A stretch of 64,000 nt of DNA from Chlamydiales bacterium (GCA_016213235.1 JACRBE010000047.1:56653-120652); one strand, 5' to 3'; shown: positions 11,310-22,153, counted from the first letter of the stretch. Translations and numbers: made by a program. The notes: a model not told the origin generated them from the letters alone.

Positions 11310-11561
11310 GTGTGGATGGTTTTTCATGGTACAAATATAGGTGCACATATTTGCCGGCATCAAATGGAAACTACTTTAGAAAATTTGGTAGATCCATCTA
11401 GTAGCGGATCTCCAGTTGTAGCAATAGGTGTAGGTCTTGTGATTACTGCTATTTGTATTGGTGAGATTGGGACTGTTGGTGCGCTATCGGGTGCTGTTTG
11501 TGGTTATCTACTAGCAGATCGAGTTGCTAATGCTATTTTAGGAAAGAAAAAAGCCGAATAA
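11310..11561 (+). CDS. Small membrane protein with a glycine-zipper-like C-terminal TM segment (start uncertain)
   Basis: The C-terminal VVAIGVGLVITAICIGEIGTVGALSGAVCGYLL resembles a transmembrane glycine zipper. The frame is open from 11229 with no ATG before 11316. Candidate starts are GTG 11310, ATG 11316 and ATG 11364. Confidence 0.35.
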   Translation: MWMVFHGTNIGAHICRHQMETTLENLVDPSSSGSPVVAIGVGLVITAICIGEIGTVGALSGAVCGYLLADRVANAILGKKKAE

Positions 11562-11565
11562 TAAC

Positions 11566-11599
11566 ATTCAAGATGGGCTTATGAAAGCCTATCTTGAAT
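11566..11599 (-). terminator. Terminator hairpin of tal (shared convergent-gene hairpin)
   Basis: ATTCAAGATGGGCTT-atga-AAGCCTATCTTGAAT forms a 15-bp stem with one G-U pair. On the minus strand it is followed by a T-rich run (gttattattcggctttttt). It spans the tal stop codon and begins 5 nt after the stop of the convergent small ORF. Confidence 0.55.
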
Positions 11600-12535
11600 A
11601 AATTGCTCTAGTTTTGCCGTATCTTGTGCAAATTTACGGATACCTTCCGATAGCTTTTCTATAGCCATTTGATTGTCATTAACCATCCATCGAAATGTCT
11701 TTTCATCCATATGCATCTTTTCAAGAGGAGATTTTTTAGCATCTTCCAGTGTTAGTTTTCTAGGAACTGACCCAGAAGCTTCTTCTAATTGCTTTAACAA
11801 GTCAGGCGCTATCGTTAATAAATCACATCCAGCTAATTCCAGTATTTCTCCAATATTTCTAAAACTAGCGCCCATGATCTGAGTCTTATACCCAAATTTT
11901 TTATAATAGTGGTAAATCGTGGTCACAGATTTCACGCCAGGATCTTCTTGTGGTGCAAAATCTCTTCCTTCATGTGCCTTATGCCAGTCTAATATTCTTC
12001 CTACAAAAGGGGAGATGAGTGTAGCGCCGGATTCCGCACAAGCGATTGCTTGCGCTAGAGAAAACATGAGCGTCATGTTACAGTGAATACCCTCTTTCTC
12101 CAGAACCTTTGCCGCTTGTACCCCTTCCCAGGTAGAGGCTAGTTTAATTAGTATACGCTTGCGATCAACGCCTGCTGCTTCATATAAAGCGATATATTCT
12201 TTAGCTTTAGCAAGGCTACCTTCTATATCAAATGAAAGACGGGCATCGACCTCAGTAGAAACCCTACCAGGAACAATCTTTAATATTTCCACCCCAAAGT
12301 TCACAAACACTTTGGTAATAAAGTGTCTTAGTCTTTCCTCTTTTTTTGCAGAGTGTTTTTTTGCATATACAATGGCATCTTCGATTAAAGGAGCATACTC
12401 CTTGATTTGAGCGGCTTTTAAAATTAAAGAAGGATTGGTTGTTGCATCCGTTGGCTTATATTTCTTAATCTCATTAATCTCTCCGGTATCTGCCACAACA
12501 GTAGTAATCTTTCTAAGTTCGTCGAGCTTACTCAT
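11579..12535 (-). CDS. tal: Transaldolase
   Basis: 318 aa. [13 protein letters not shown] is present. The Schiff-base lysine context [11 protein letters not shown] is nearly identical to E. coli Tal[12 protein letters not shown]. The protein is collinear with TalB over its full length. Confidence 0.95.
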   Translation of the reverse strand: MSKLDELRKITTVVADTGEINEIKKYKPTDATTNPSLILKAAQIKEYAPLIEDAIVYAKKHSAKKEERLRHFITKVFVNFGVEILKIVPGRVSTEVDARLSFDIEGSLAKAKEYIALYEAAGVDRKRILIKLASTWEGVQAAKVLEKEGIHCNMTLMFSLAQAIACAESGATLISPFVGRILDWHKAHEGRDFAPQEDPGVKSVTTIYHYYKKFGYKTQIMGASFRNIGEILELAGCDLLTIAPDLLKQLEEASGSVPRKLTLEDAKKSPLEKMHMDEKTFRWMVNDNQMAIEKLSEGIRKFAQDTAKLEQFIQDRLS

Positions 12536-12537
12536 AC

Positions 12538-13050
12538 CTAAAACCTCTTCTTTTGCGTCTTTAATTTATTATATTGCTTCAAAAAATCTTCAATTTCAAT
12601 AGTTGTTTTTAAATTTTCTACGATTAATTCTGTTTTTTTATCTTTACTTAACTGGTGGAGTGCTTGTTCTAGGTCCTCTTTATCCAGTTTGATTTTTTGC
12701 CTTCCTATTAATTTCATTCCTTTTATGCTAAGTTTTTTATCTTCTTGTTGTAGGTACATAAAAAACAAGCGATTGTCTCGCAAAATGGGGGAAAAATAAC
12801 CATTTTTTCTTGTTAAAAAACAATCCAAGGAATCATCATCTTTGATGATCTCCATTTCAAGACCGTATTCTTTTTGTAGTAGGTAGCATAATTTGACAAG
12901 AGGGTAACTCGTCCCAATAGACTCAAGCGTGCTGTTGCTTTGTTTGTTGCAACTACATAAAAATCCAAAAAAAATTATTTTAATGTAAAAGAAGAAAAGG
13001 TTTTTAAAAAATCTTTTTCTATCTGAGGAAATTCTTTTTTTAAGGCACAT
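12538..13050 (-). CDS. Hypothetical lipoprotein
   Basis: The N-terminus [23 protein letters not shown] has a lipobox-like L-C-S-C. It overlaps the upstream ORF by 76 nt, so the true start is uncertain. It lies 2 nt upstream of tal on the same strand. Confidence 0.5.
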   Translation of the reverse strand: MCLKKRISSDRKRFFKNLFFFYIKIIFFGFLCSCNKQSNSTLESIGTSYPLVKLCYLLQKEYGLEMEIIKDDDSLDCFLTRKNGYFSPILRDNRLFFMYLQQEDKKLSIKGMKLIGRQKIKLDKEDLEQALHQLSKDKKTELIVENLKTTIEIEDFLKQYNKLKTQKKRF

Positions 13051-13457
13051 GCTGTTATGATATATGCTGTTTCTTGTTGCAGTAGTATCATTTGTAATAT
13101 CCGAATATCTCCAAATGTCTGTTTTTTATCAATTTGTAATAAATAAGCCTTCCCACTACCTGTTTTAAGCATGGGGAATTCCGTCATGGAATAACCAGCT
13201 TTGTTGTTATAGTTCCCTTTTACTTCTTTCATATACTGAAAGGCGGATAATGTGGTTTTTTCTACAGCTATATTAATGGAAGGGGAAAAGCCTGTCTTGT
13301 CTTTGTACAAATAATTTTTTACAATGGAAGAGTTTGACCCTTTTCGAACTACTTCCATGAATGCATCCGGAACTACAATAGAAGGCTCTTGTCCAAGCAA
13401 ATGGGAAAAAACAACATAAGAAAAGCATACGCAACCAAAAAGAAAATTCTTTCCCAT
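12975..13457 (-). CDS. Hypothetical exported protein
   Basis: 160 aa. It has an N-terminal signal-like segment (MGKNFLFGCVCFSYVVFSHLLG) followed by a mixed alpha/beta-looking domain. No motif recognised. Confidence 0.5.
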   Translation of the reverse strand: MGKNFLFGCVCFSYVVFSHLLGQEPSIVVPDAFMEVVRKGSNSSIVKNYLYKDKTGFSPSINIAVEKTTLSAFQYMKEVKGNYNNKAGYSMTEFPMLKTGSGKAYLLQIDKKQTFGDIRILQMILLQQETAYIITACALKKEFPQIEKDFLKTFSSFTLK

Positions 13458-13469
13458 TTTTTTTCACAT

Positions 13470-13775
13470 TTAAAGAGGAGGAGGTGCCTGAACTGGAGGC
13501 CCAGGAGTAGGAGTAGAATGTATGTTAGATACAGCATTACTTGGTTTAATCACTAACGAGATAACACCAATTGCTATTGCCATACCAAGACCCCAGCCTA
13601 CCATCGATGTAGCGATAGATTCAGCAACGCTATCATCTGGTGCAAAACCTAGATAGTTGCTCGAACTCTCTGTCATACTAACCTGGTTGTCATATTTTTC
13701 ATTATCGTTTTCTACGCCATATACCTGCATAAAACCAAGAGAAATCATCGTAGTTAATAAAACTGTCTTCTTCAT
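13470..13775 (-). CDS. Small exported/membrane protein with a proline-rich tail
   Basis: The likely start is MKKTVLLTTMISLGFMQVYG (signal peptide). It has a glycine-rich TM segment (MVGWGLGMAIAIGVISLVI) and the tail PTPGPPVQAPPPL. The track start at 13790 adds 5 codons. Confidence 0.5.
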   Translation of the reverse strand: MKKTVLLTTMISLGFMQVYGVENDNEKYDNQVSMTESSSNYLGFAPDDSVAESIATSMVGWGLGMAIAIGVISLVIKPSNAVSNIHSTPTPGPPVQAPPPL

Positions 13776-13919
13776 TTTAAGATGCCTCAAGTAAAAACTC
13801 GTTATATAAACCGTATAACAGATTTTTAGAAAAAATAAAAAGGTTTAGATGGAATATCTATTGGATTTTTAATTTTTTTAATGTACCATAATGAAAAATC
13901 GCAGAGATTGGAGCTTGCT

Positions 13920-14543
13920 ATGACGCAGATCGATACAGGCAATGAAAAGATAAAAAAAATATGTGATGTATTAAAAGCACAGACCTTAGATCCTGCTAAG
14001 GAAGAAGCGAAAAAAATCATTGAAATAGCAAAAAAAGAAGCGGAAAAAATAGTTAAAGAGGCAAAAGAGAAGTCAGCTCAACTCATAACTATCGCGGAAA
14101 CAGAGTGCGAAGATAAAAAAAGACTGATGGAAGCTTCATTGAAGCTCGCTTCAAGACAAGCAGTTTCATCTTTAAGACAAAAAATCTCGCAAGATCTCTT
14201 TTCTAAAGAATTTTCTCTCATCGTAAAACAGGTAATGCAAAAGCCTTCTATTATTGCAAAAGCAATAGAGGCTGCCATTGGACAGGTAGGGCATGGGAAA
14301 GAATTTTCTGATATTTTAATTGAACTGCCAAAAGTAGTTTCCCCAGATCAAATTATTCAGGAATTAACTCAAACAATAAAAGATAAACTTTCTAAACAAC
14401 AGCTGCAAATTGGTGATATAGAAAGTGGTGTAGTGATTCACAAACAACATGATAATATAGCAATTGATCTTACAGAAGAATCTGCAACCCAATTGCTTGG
14501 ACGTTATATTACAGAACATTTGCAACAATATATTTTTAGCTAA
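13920..14543 (+). CDS. atpE: V-type ATP synthase subunit E
   Basis: It has a Lys/Glu/Ala-rich N-terminal helix (EEAKKIIEIAKKEAEKIVKEAKEKSAQL) and a globular C-terminus, and it is first in the V-ATPase operon. ATG 13920 (MTQIDTGNEKIKKICD) is preferred over 13881. Confidence 0.8.
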   Translation: MTQIDTGNEKIKKICDVLKAQTLDPAKEEAKKIIEIAKKEAEKIVKEAKEKSAQLITIAETECEDKKRLMEASLKLASRQAVSSLRQKISQDLFSKEFSLIVKQVMQKPSIIAKAIEAAIGQVGHGKEFSDILIELPKVVSPDQIIQELTQTIKDKLSKQQLQIGDIESGVVIHKQHDNIAIDLTEESATQLLGRYITEHLQQYIFS

Positions 14544-14544
14544 C

Positions 14545-15321
14545 ATGAGTCAATATTGTTTTTTACAAACAGTTCTTCCTCCTCTTGTTTTTGATAGCGA
14601 TCCTCTTATCTCATTCGAGGAATTGATGAATCTTTTTGAGATGAATCTTTCTAAAGATGACTTGAAAAAGGTCGCTTTAATCAAGAAGGTCTTTGATTTA
14701 AGAAATCTTGTTGAGCTCTCTACTCAAAGTCATCTGTTCCCTTACGGGAATTTGCAAAAAAATGAATTGCAAGATGCTATTTCTGATAAAGAGTTTTTCG
14801 ATTATGAAGTGTTTGAATTTCTTTCCGAGCATGAAACACCTGTAGAGATGAGAAAACATTTTTATCAGCTTTTAACAAAATTTTTCCAACGACAATTACA
14901 AGAAACCACAGGGTTTTTACTCTGTTTTTTTACCTTTGAACATCATTTGCGGATTGCAATTGCAGGTTATCGAGCAAAAAAAGAGGGAAGAGACTTAGTA
15001 AAGGAATTGATCTTTGAAGATATAAACGATCCGTTTGTCATGCAAATATTGATACAAAAGGATAGCGCTTCCTTTGAATTCCCATATGAATTTCAAGATT
15101 TGCAGAAAATATTAACAGAAACTTCCACTCCAGAAGAAGAATACAAAGCAGTATTAAAATATCGGTTTGATTATTTCATGAACGATATTTATCAAAAAAA
15201 CTTTTCCATTGACCCACTACTGGCTTATATGGTGCAGTTAATCTACTTGGAGATGCTCCATAAATTAGAGCAGATAAAAGGGGAAGAAATTATCAATCAT
15301 TTAGTTAGGAATATCGGATGA
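14545..15321 (+). CDS. DUF2764-type protein, positional equivalent of chlamydial CT309 in the V-ATPase operon
   Basis: ATG 14545 lies 1 nt after the atpE stop; the longer track ORF overlaps atpE. The gene sits between atpE and atpA, as in Chlamydia, and overlaps the atpA start by 4 nt (ATGA). Confidence 0.65.
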   Translation: MSQYCFLQTVLPPLVFDSDPLISFEELMNLFEMNLSKDDLKKVALIKKVFDLRNLVELSTQSHLFPYGNLQKNELQDAISDKEFFDYEVFEFLSEHETPVEMRKHFYQLLTKFFQRQLQETTGFLLCFFTFEHHLRIAIAGYRAKKEGRDLVKELIFEDINDPFVMQILIQKDSASFEFPYEFQDLQKILTETSTPEEEYKAVLKYRFDYFMNDIYQKNFSIDPLLAYMVQLIYLEMLHKLEQIKGEEIINHLVRNIG

Positions 15322-17108
15322 GTACAGCACAAGTCGATCATAAGTATGCTACTGGAAAAGTAACAAAAGCATTTGGGAACCTGTTATATGTCGCATTTGA
15401 AGGCAACATAAAACAGGGGGAAGTTGCTTTTGTTCATGTGGGAGATACGCGCTTAAAAGCAGAGGTGATTGAAATAAAAGGGACAGAGGCAAAGGTCCAA
15501 GTGTTTGAAGACACTAGAGGCATAGAAGCAGGCTCGTTTGTTGATTTTACGACATCTCTTTTAGAGGCAGAACTAGGGCCCGGCCTTATCAGCTCCATTG
15601 TAGATGGATTGCAAAACCCTTTAGAAGAAGTGGCTAATGTTACCGGTTTATATCTCTCCAGAGGAGTATACCTTCCTCCGATTAATCGTGAAAAAAGATG
15701 GGATTTTCAACCTCTTGCAAAGATAGGTGATACTGTCAAAAGAGGAGATTTCCTCGGATTTACGATGGAGAGTAGATTCCATCATTATATCATGGTTCCT
15801 TTTAACTTCTTTGACTCCTATGAAGTAAAATGGATTGCTGAAGCGGGTGCTTATAATGTAGAACAGGAAATTGCAAAAGTAGTAGATAAGCATGGGCATG
15901 AGCATTCCATTAAGATGCTACAAAAATGGCCAGTAAAGCTCCCTTTAATGGAAGGAAAAAAAATAAAAGCCAAGGAAATGATGGATACGGGTATGCGGAT
16001 TATCGATACCCAATACCCTATATTAAAAGGTGGAACCTTCTGCTCTCCGGGGCCATTTGGAGCTGGAAAAACAGTGTTGCAACATCATCTTTCTAAATAC
16101 TCTTCTGTTGACATTGTTGTAATCGTAGCCTGTGGAGAGAGAGCAGGAGAGGTAGTGGAAGTGTTAAGAACATTTCCTCACTTGATTGATCCTCATACCA
16201 ACGAATCATTGATGAGTAGAACAATTATTATTTGTAATACATCATCTATGCCGGTTGCTGCAAGAGAAGCTTCTGTATATATGGGTGTGACTATTGCAGA
16301 ATACTACAGACAAATGGGCCTGCAGGTTCTTCTACTTGCAGATTCAACCTCAAGATGGGCTCAAGCGATGAGAGAAATGTCCGGACGGCTAGAAGAAATA
16401 CCAGGGGAAGAGGCTTTCCCGGCTTATTTATCTTCCAGAATTGCTGCTTTTTATGAACGTTCTGGAAATTTACAGCTGAAAAATGGCAAAGAGGGCTCTT
16501 TAACAATTGGAGGAGCTGTATCTCCGGCGGGCGGGAACTTTGAAGAGCCGGTAACACAAGCAACACTAGCCGTAGTAGGCGCTTTTCTAGGCCTTTCCAG
16601 GGAGCGATCCAATGCAAGAAAATATCCTGCGATTGATCCTTTGATCTCATGGTCTAAATATACTTCTATTGTTGGTGATTTTTTAAGCCGTGATGCAAAA
16701 CATTGGAAGCAAACGGTAGCAGATGCAAATGAAATATTAAGACAAGGGGATGAAATTGGTAAGAGGATGGAGGTTGTGGGAGAAGAGGGTGTTACGCTAG
16801 GTGACCTGATTCTTTATCTTAAAGCAGAGCTGTATGAATTTTGTTATTTACAGCAAAATGCTTTTGATAAAGAAGATTGTTATTGTCCTATTGAAAGACA
16901 AATAGTGCTTCTTGTTTTGATTGAACAGGTATTCCAATCAGAAATCAACTTTAATTCTTTTGATGAAGCTAGATCGTTTTATCTTTCCTTACAAAATAGT
17001 ATTAAAAATATGAACTTTATGACGTTTAAATCAGAAAAATACTATGCAGCTTATAAGCAAATCGAAGAGAAAATTGCCCATGCTGTAAAAGGGAGTGCAA
17101 AAGTATGA
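15318..17108 (+). CDS. atpA: V-type ATP synthase catalytic subunit A
   Basis: 596 aa. It has Walker [30 protein letters not shown] and [10 protein letters not shown]. The stop/start overlap with atpB is ATGA. Confidence 0.95.
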   Translation: MSTAQVDHKYATGKVTKAFGNLLYVAFEGNIKQGEVAFVHVGDTRLKAEVIEIKGTEAKVQVFEDTRGIEAGSFVDFTTSLLEAELGPGLISSIVDGLQNPLEEVANVTGLYLSRGVYLPPINREKRWDFQPLAKIGDTVKRGDFLGFTMESRFHHYIMVPFNFFDSYEVKWIAEAGAYNVEQEIAKVVDKHGHEHSIKMLQKWPVKLPLMEGKKIKAKEMMDTGMRIIDTQYPILKGGTFCSPGPFGAGKTVLQHHLSKYSSVDIVVIVACGERAGEVVEVLRTFPHLIDPHTNESLMSRTIIICNTSSMPVAAREASVYMGVTIAEYYRQMGLQVLLLADSTSRWAQAMREMSGRLEEIPGEEAFPAYLSSRIAAFYERSGNLQLKNGKEGSLTIGGAVSPAGGNFEEPVTQATLAVVGAFLGLSRERSNARKYPAIDPLISWSKYTSIVGDFLSRDAKHWKQTVADANEILRQGDEIGKRMEVVGEEGVTLGDLILYLKAELYEFCYLQQNAFDKEDCYCPIERQIVLLVLIEQVFQSEINFNSFDEARSFYLSLQNSIKNMNFMTFKSEKYYAAYKQIEEKIAHAVKGSAKV

Positions 17109-18412
17109 GAAGAGTACACGAAAGAATCATCGATATTAAAGGTAGTTTGCTATCTGTAATAGCAAAGGGAGCGAAGCTGGGAGAACTTGCAAAAGTAGAA
17201 AAAGGCGATGGTACCTTTACGTTTGCTTCTGTACTGCGCCTGGAAAATGAAAAGGTCACTCTTCAAGCCTTTCAAGATACTAAAGGGATCTCCACAGGGG
17301 ATAAGATTGTTTTCTTAAATCAACAGATCAAAGCAACATGTGGGGATGATCTACTTGGAAGACGATTAGATGGCATGTGTGAGCCAATGGATGGTGGTCC
17401 ACGTATTACTGGCAGGCAAGTCGAAATTGGACAGCCCTCTTTTAATCCAGTAAGACGTGTGGTGCCTCATCAATTAGTCAGGACAAATATTCCTATGATT
17501 GATCTATTTAATTGTCTTGTGAAATCGCAAAAAATACCTATTTTCTCTGTTCCTGGAGAGCCATATAACGAACTGCTCATGAGAATCGCGAATCAAACAG
17601 ATGCTGATATTGTTGTAATTGGTGGGATGGGCTTGCGCTATGATGATTATTTGTCATTTATTGATAACGCAGAAAGATCAGGATCCATGGACAAAACGAT
17701 TATGTTTACACATCTTGCAACGGATCCTGCCGTAGAATGTCTGCTTGTGCCTGATATGGCACTTGCTGTTGCAGAAGAGTTTGCTGCAAAAGATAAAGAC
17801 GTGCTAGTACTACTTACCGATATGTCTGCTTTTGCAGATGCAAATAAAGAGATATTGATTTCAATGGATCAAATCCCTTCGAATAGAGGATATCCAGGGT
17901 CTTTATATTCCGATTTAGCTTCAAGATATGAAAAGGCAGTAGACATCGATGGGAGCGGCTCTATTACACTTATCTCTGTAACCACCATGCCAGGTGGAGA
18001 TGTTACCCATCCTATACCGGATAACACCGGCTATATTACAGAGGGACAATTTTATCTCAATGGTGGAAAAATCGATCCTTTTGGATCACTTTCTCGATTA
18101 AAACAACAAGTGATCGGTTCTGTAACAAGAGAAGATCACGGAGATATAGCAAATAGCCTTATCCGTCTTTATGCAGATTCAAAAAAAGCACAAGAAAGAG
18201 CTGGTATGGGATTTAAAATTTCCCGTTGGGATGAGAAACTTCTTAGATATAGCAAGCTGTTTGAAGATAAATTAATGAATTTAAGAGTCAATATCCCTCT
18301 GGAAGAAGCGTTAGATTTAGGATGGAAAATATTAGCGGAGTGTTTCAAATCAGAAGAGGTGGGCATTAAGCAAACATTTGTAGATAAATATTGGCCACTT
18401 GAAGGGAAGTAA
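17105..18412 (+). CDS. atpB: V-type ATP synthase subunit B
   Basis: 435 aa non-catalytic nucleotide-binding subunit. Motifs include [25 protein letters not shown] and [18 protein letters not shown]. The stop overlaps the atpD ATG by 1 nt (TAATG). Confidence 0.93.
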   Translation: MRRVHERIIDIKGSLLSVIAKGAKLGELAKVEKGDGTFTFASVLRLENEKVTLQAFQDTKGISTGDKIVFLNQQIKATCGDDLLGRRLDGMCEPMDGGPRITGRQVEIGQPSFNPVRRVVPHQLVRTNIPMIDLFNCLVKSQKIPIFSVPGEPYNELLMRIANQTDADIVVIGGMGLRYDDYLSFIDNAERSGSMDKTIMFTHLATDPAVECLLVPDMALAVAEEFAAKDKDVLVLLTDMSAFADANKEILISMDQIPSNRGYPGSLYSDLASRYEKAVDIDGSGSITLISVTTMPGGDVTHPIPDNTGYITEGQFYLNGGKIDPFGSLSRLKQQVIGSVTREDHGDIANSLIRLYADSKKAQERAGMGFKISRWDEKLLRYSKLFEDKLMNLRVNIPLEEALDLGWKILAECFKSEEVGIKQTFVDKYWPLEGK

Positions 18413-19029
18413 TGGCACAAATTAGGTTAACAAAAAGCGAACTGCGTCTGCAGCAGGTGAAATTACTGCAGCTGTCTAAGTATCTCCCTACTCTGCAGCT
18501 GAAAAAAGCGATGCTTCAAATAGAGGTAAATAACGCAAATATAGAAATCGTTTCACTTGAAGATACCTATGAAAAAATGAAAGGAAATATCTCCTTATTT
18601 GCTCGTCTTTTAACAGCATATTCGCTCGATGAGTTCTTTGATAACCTACGTATAGAAACAACAGTGCTAGATTATGAAAATATAGCAGGAGTGGAAATTC
18701 CTATTTTAAATCATGTGAAATTTGTTTCTACAAATTACTCTTATTTTGTTACGCCGCTTTGGTGGGACTCTGCAATCAAACTCATGCGCGAGTTGTTAGT
18801 GCAAAAACAAAAAATTGCTATTGCAATTCAAAAACGAGACTTGCTTCAAAAAGAATTAAGAGATGTTTCTATTCGGGTAAACCTTTTTGAAAAAATTCTG
18901 ATCCCGAGAACAGAGGCTAATATAAAAAAAATAAAAGTATTCTTAGGAGATCAGCAGTTATCTGCTGTTGCACAAGCAAAAGTTGCAAAAGAAAAAATTA
19001 TTTTGAAAAAAGATGCTGAGGTAAGCTAG
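18412..19029 (+). CDS. atpD: V-type ATP synthase subunit D
   Basis: 205 aa coiled-coil protein. The N-terminal LTKSELRLQQVKLLQLSKYLPTLQLKKAML fits the subunit D pattern, and the operon position agrees. Confidence 0.85.
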   Translation: MAQIRLTKSELRLQQVKLLQLSKYLPTLQLKKAMLQIEVNNANIEIVSLEDTYEKMKGNISLFARLLTAYSLDEFFDNLRIETTVLDYENIAGVEIPILNHVKFVSTNYSYFVTPLWWDSAIKLMRELLVQKQKIAIAIQKRDLLQKELRDVSIRVNLFEKILIPRTEANIKKIKVFLGDQQLSAVAQAKVAKEKIILKKDAEVS

Positions 19030-20951
19030 TGATCATTAATTTGGGCAAATATTTGTTCTTTGGTACTAAAATGGATCTGGATCTTTTTTTTCAAAAAGCA
19101 CAAAAGCTTGGACTGATTGAATTCATACCTGCACAGCATCAGAGACATCAAGCCCCTAGTTATATCGATAAAATGATGCAGGCTATTCAAATCCTCAAAA
19201 AACAACCTCTTCTTACCGATCATTATCCAGAAGATCTGAATGCTGCAGATGTTGTGGATGGAATTTTAAATTGCAAAACAGAAATAGATCACCTTTTTGA
19301 AGATAAACGCATTGTATTAACAGAAATAGAGAAACTATTGCCATTTGGAGATTTTTCTTTAGATGAAATAAAAGAGATAGAAGATTCTAGCGATCTCCAC
19401 ATGTACTTCTATGCAGCAAAACATGGGAAAGAAGGGAATAAAGATATTTCTCCTGATCTGATACATGTAAATACAGATCATGATCTTGATTATTATATTA
19501 GTTTAACCAAACAACCTATTCAGCATCACGGGCTTTACATCATTCAAATTACACAAAATTTATCTACTCTAAGAGAAGAGCTCGAGATTATCCAAAGAAA
19601 AACAAAACTGAAAAGACATGAGCTAAAAGAATTTGCCAAATATCTTCCTTTATTAAAAACCAGGTTGATAGAAGATTTGAATCACATGAATCTTGTTAAT
19701 GCAAAATTGGATGTAGATTTAAAACTCGAAGAATCTATTTTTATCGCAGAAGCATGGGTTCCTCATAAGTATATCCATAAAATTAAACAAATCATAAAGC
19801 CACTTCATGTGGTGTGTGAAGAGATCGCTATTGAAAAACATGATAGAGTCCCTACCTATATGGAAAACCAGGGTATTGGTGCCATAGGAGAAGATCTTGT
19901 ACACATTTATGATGTGCCTTCCACAAATGACAGAGACCCATCTATTTGGGTCTTTTTTAGTTTTGCTCTTTTCTTTTCTATGATTGTGGGGGATGCAGGA
20001 TATGGATTTATCTATTTGCTAGTCGCCTTATTTTTAAAATGGAAATATCGCAAAGCTAAAGGACTCCTTAATAGATTTATAAAGTTAACCAAGATGCTAT
20101 CGATTACTTGTATTGTTTGGGGCTTTTTGATTACCTCCTTTTTTGGCCTAGAGCTAAGCCCGAGTAATCCTCTGACAAAATTTTCCTTAACAGGATTTTT
20201 AGCTCAAAAAAAAGCCACTTATCATATCCAGCAAAAAGATGGTGTTTATCAGTTGTTACTAGAAGAATATCCTGCTCTGAAAGGGATAACAGATCCTAAA
20301 CAATTTCTCCTTTTGGGAACGGTGGTTGAAAATGGAGAGATTGTCTACCAAGTATCAAAAGACTTTACCGACAATATCATGATGGAAATCTCTCTCATTG
20401 TAGGGATGGTTCATGTGAGCCTCTCCTTACTACGCAATATAAAAAGATCATATTCCCACATAGGCTGGACCCTGTTTATTTTTGGAGGGTATTTTTATTT
20501 TCCAAAAATATTGGATGCCAGCTCTTTAATCAATGTTTTGGGTGTAATGAGCGCAGAGACTAGTTGTGAAGTGGGACTTCAATTACTCGGCACTGGTGTT
20601 TTTCTCGCAATTTTATTATCCATGATTCAAAACAGCATCTTTAAAGCTCTCTATGAACTCTTCAAAATTATCGAGATATTCGCTGACGTGCTTTCCTATT
20701 TACGTCTATATGCTCTTGGCCTAGCTTCCATGATCCTTGCCAACACCTTCAATGGAATAGGAAAGGATGCAGGCTTGTTTTTTGGTTGCCTCATTATTTT
20801 AGTAGGGCATGTGACGAACATTGTTTTGGGAATTATGTCTGGAGTGATTCATGGTCTGCGTCTTAACTTCCTAGAGTGGTATCACCATAGCTTTGAGGGA
20901 GGCGGTAAAAAGTTTAATCCATTAAAATTATTAAGTATAAGGAGTGAATAA
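19029..20951 (+). CDS. atpI: V-type ATP synthase subunit I (a-type membrane subunit)
   Basis: 640 aa with a soluble N-terminal half and a polytopic C-terminal half. The latter carries the conserved arginine helix LSYLRLYALGLAS. A GTG start overlaps the atpD stop; an alternative ATG lies at 19068. Confidence 0.9.
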   Translation: MIINLGKYLFFGTKMDLDLFFQKAQKLGLIEFIPAQHQRHQAPSYIDKMMQAIQILKKQPLLTDHYPEDLNAADVVDGILNCKTEIDHLFEDKRIVLTEIEKLLPFGDFSLDEIKEIEDSSDLHMYFYAAKHGKEGNKDISPDLIHVNTDHDLDYYISLTKQPIQHHGLYIIQITQNLSTLREELEIIQRKTKLKRHELKEFAKYLPLLKTRLIEDLNHMNLVNAKLDVDLKLEESIFIAEAWVPHKYIHKIKQIIKPLHVVCEEIAIEKHDRVPTYMENQGIGAIGEDLVHIYDVPSTNDRDPSIWVFFSFALFFSMIVGDAGYGFIYLLVALFLKWKYRKAKGLLNRFIKLTKMLSITCIVWGFLITSFFGLELSPSNPLTKFSLTGFLAQKKATYHIQQKDGVYQLLLEEYPALKGITDPKQFLLLGTVVENGEIVYQVSKDFTDNIMMEISLIVGMVHVSLSLLRNIKRSYSHIGWTLFIFGGYFYFPKILDASSLINVLGVMSAETSCEVGLQLLGTGVFLAILLSMIQNSIFKALYELFKIIEIFADVLSYLRLYALGLASMILANTFNGIGKDAGLFFGCLIILVGHVTNIVLGIMSGVIHGLRLNFLEWYHHSFEGGGKKFNPLKLLSIRSE

Positions 20952-20953
20952 TT

Positions 20954-21379
20954 ATGTTGAGCTTTGCAATGGCAGGACCGGCGTTTGTTTTGGGTCTCGG
21001 CTGTATAGGTAGCGCAATCGGATGTGGTATTGCCGGTATGGCGTCTCACGGTGTCATGAGCCGTATAGATGAAAATCATGGTAAATTTATTGGTATGTCT
21101 GCTGTACCTTCTTCTCAAGCTATTTATGCATTTGTACTGATGCTGCTGATGCGAAATGCAATCCGTGCAAATACTCTATCTCCACTTGATGGGGTTGCTA
21201 TTGGTATTTCTATCGGAACTGTTATTTTATTATCAGCTGTTTATCAGGGCATGTGCGCCGCAACAGGTATACAAGCTGCAGCAAAACAACCTGCAATATT
21301 TGGTAAATGTTTTGCCGCTCTTGGTATCGTAGAGTCTTTTGCACTCTTTGCGTTTGTATTTGCTTTATTGCTATTATAA
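20954..21379 (+). CDS. atpK: V-type ATP synthase proteolipid subunit K
   Basis: 141 aa made of four Gly/Ala-rich TM helices (GLGCIGSAIGCGIAGMA). It is the last gene of the operon. Confidence 0.9.
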   Translation: MLSFAMAGPAFVLGLGCIGSAIGCGIAGMASHGVMSRIDENHGKFIGMSAVPSSQAIYAFVLMLLMRNAIRANTLSPLDGVAIGISIGTVILLSAVYQGMCAATGIQAAAKQPAIFGKCFAALGIVESFALFAFVFALLLL

Positions 21380-21460
21380 TACGATTAACTTGCGCTCTCA
21401 CTCCACTTGTGTGTAAGTATGGTAAAAGAGCGCAAAGCTTGGTTTCATGTCGTAAACTTC

Positions 21461-22153
21461 TCAGACGCCTACTGGTTTTTCAAATTGCATGGTAAATGCA
21501 AAACGGTTCCCAACCATGCATCTTTCTTGAAAGCCGGTTGTTTTAGCTAATCGACGAACTGTTTTTCTACTTTGGAAATGAGGATCGAAAATGACCTCTG
21601 TTATCGACAATATGCCCCCTGGCTTAAGAGCATTAAATATCTCTTTTAATGCAGTTTCCTGGTGGGGGATTTCACCTAACACAGTGACCAGCAAGGCCCG
21701 GTCATACTGACTATGCTCTAATTTACCATCTCCAATACCAGCTTGAAGAAATTGAATGTTATGCAAGTTTGCAACTTTCGCTTTTTCCTGCACTCGGTCG
21801 AGCATCCCGGACTGTATGTCTACTGCCCATACTTCTCCTTGTGGGCCGATCTTTTTTGCAATGGGCAATGTAATCCTCCCTGGGCCACACCCAGCATCAA
21901 GCACTTTCATACCGATCTTAAGATCTAGGTGTTCAATAATACTACTTGCTCGGTTAGTCTTGGTGAATGGATTGTCAAGTTCTACTAAAGAACTTAACCA
22001 GACTGGACAAGGAAGTACCAACCGACGCGAAGAAAATCTCCATAGGATGCCGATTAACACCATAAGAGCTAGAAATCCAAGCGAGATGTATATTAAAGTT
22101 TTCATGATACGAAAGTCCCAAGTTCGATATCTTTTTAGTATAGTTTTCCTCAT
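21461..22153 (-). CDS. Class I SAM-dependent methyltransferase with an N-terminal TM anchor
   Basis: Motif I VLDAGCGPGRITL is present, with the post-I acidic residue in WAVDIQ and motif PGGILSITE. The N-terminus has a TM segment (LIYISLGFLALMVLIGILW). Start is 22153 or 22105. Confidence 0.8.
   Translation of the reverse strand: MRKTILKRYRTWDFRIMKTLIYISLGFLALMVLIGILWRFSSRRLVLPCPVWLSSLVELDNPFTKTNRASSIIEHLDLKIGMKVLDAGCGPGRITLPIAKKIGPQGEVWAVDIQSGMLDRVQEKAKVANLHNIQFLQAGIGDGKLEHSQYDRALLVTVLGEIPHQETALKEIFNALKPGGILSITEVIFDPHFQSRKTVRRLAKTTGFQERCMVGNRFAFTMQFEKPVGV

Noticed and set aside
11229-11340. There is weak similarity between the start-less open frame upstream of the 11310 ORF (GGSAGACSAVWMVFHGTNIGA) and the minus-strand frame in the 50076-50303 gap (CGSGSISCAACYQLHGSVFIS).
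   Set aside because: The similarity is short, low-complexity (Gly/Ser/Ala/Cys) and needs a gap. I cannot distinguish it from chance without a statistical alignment.
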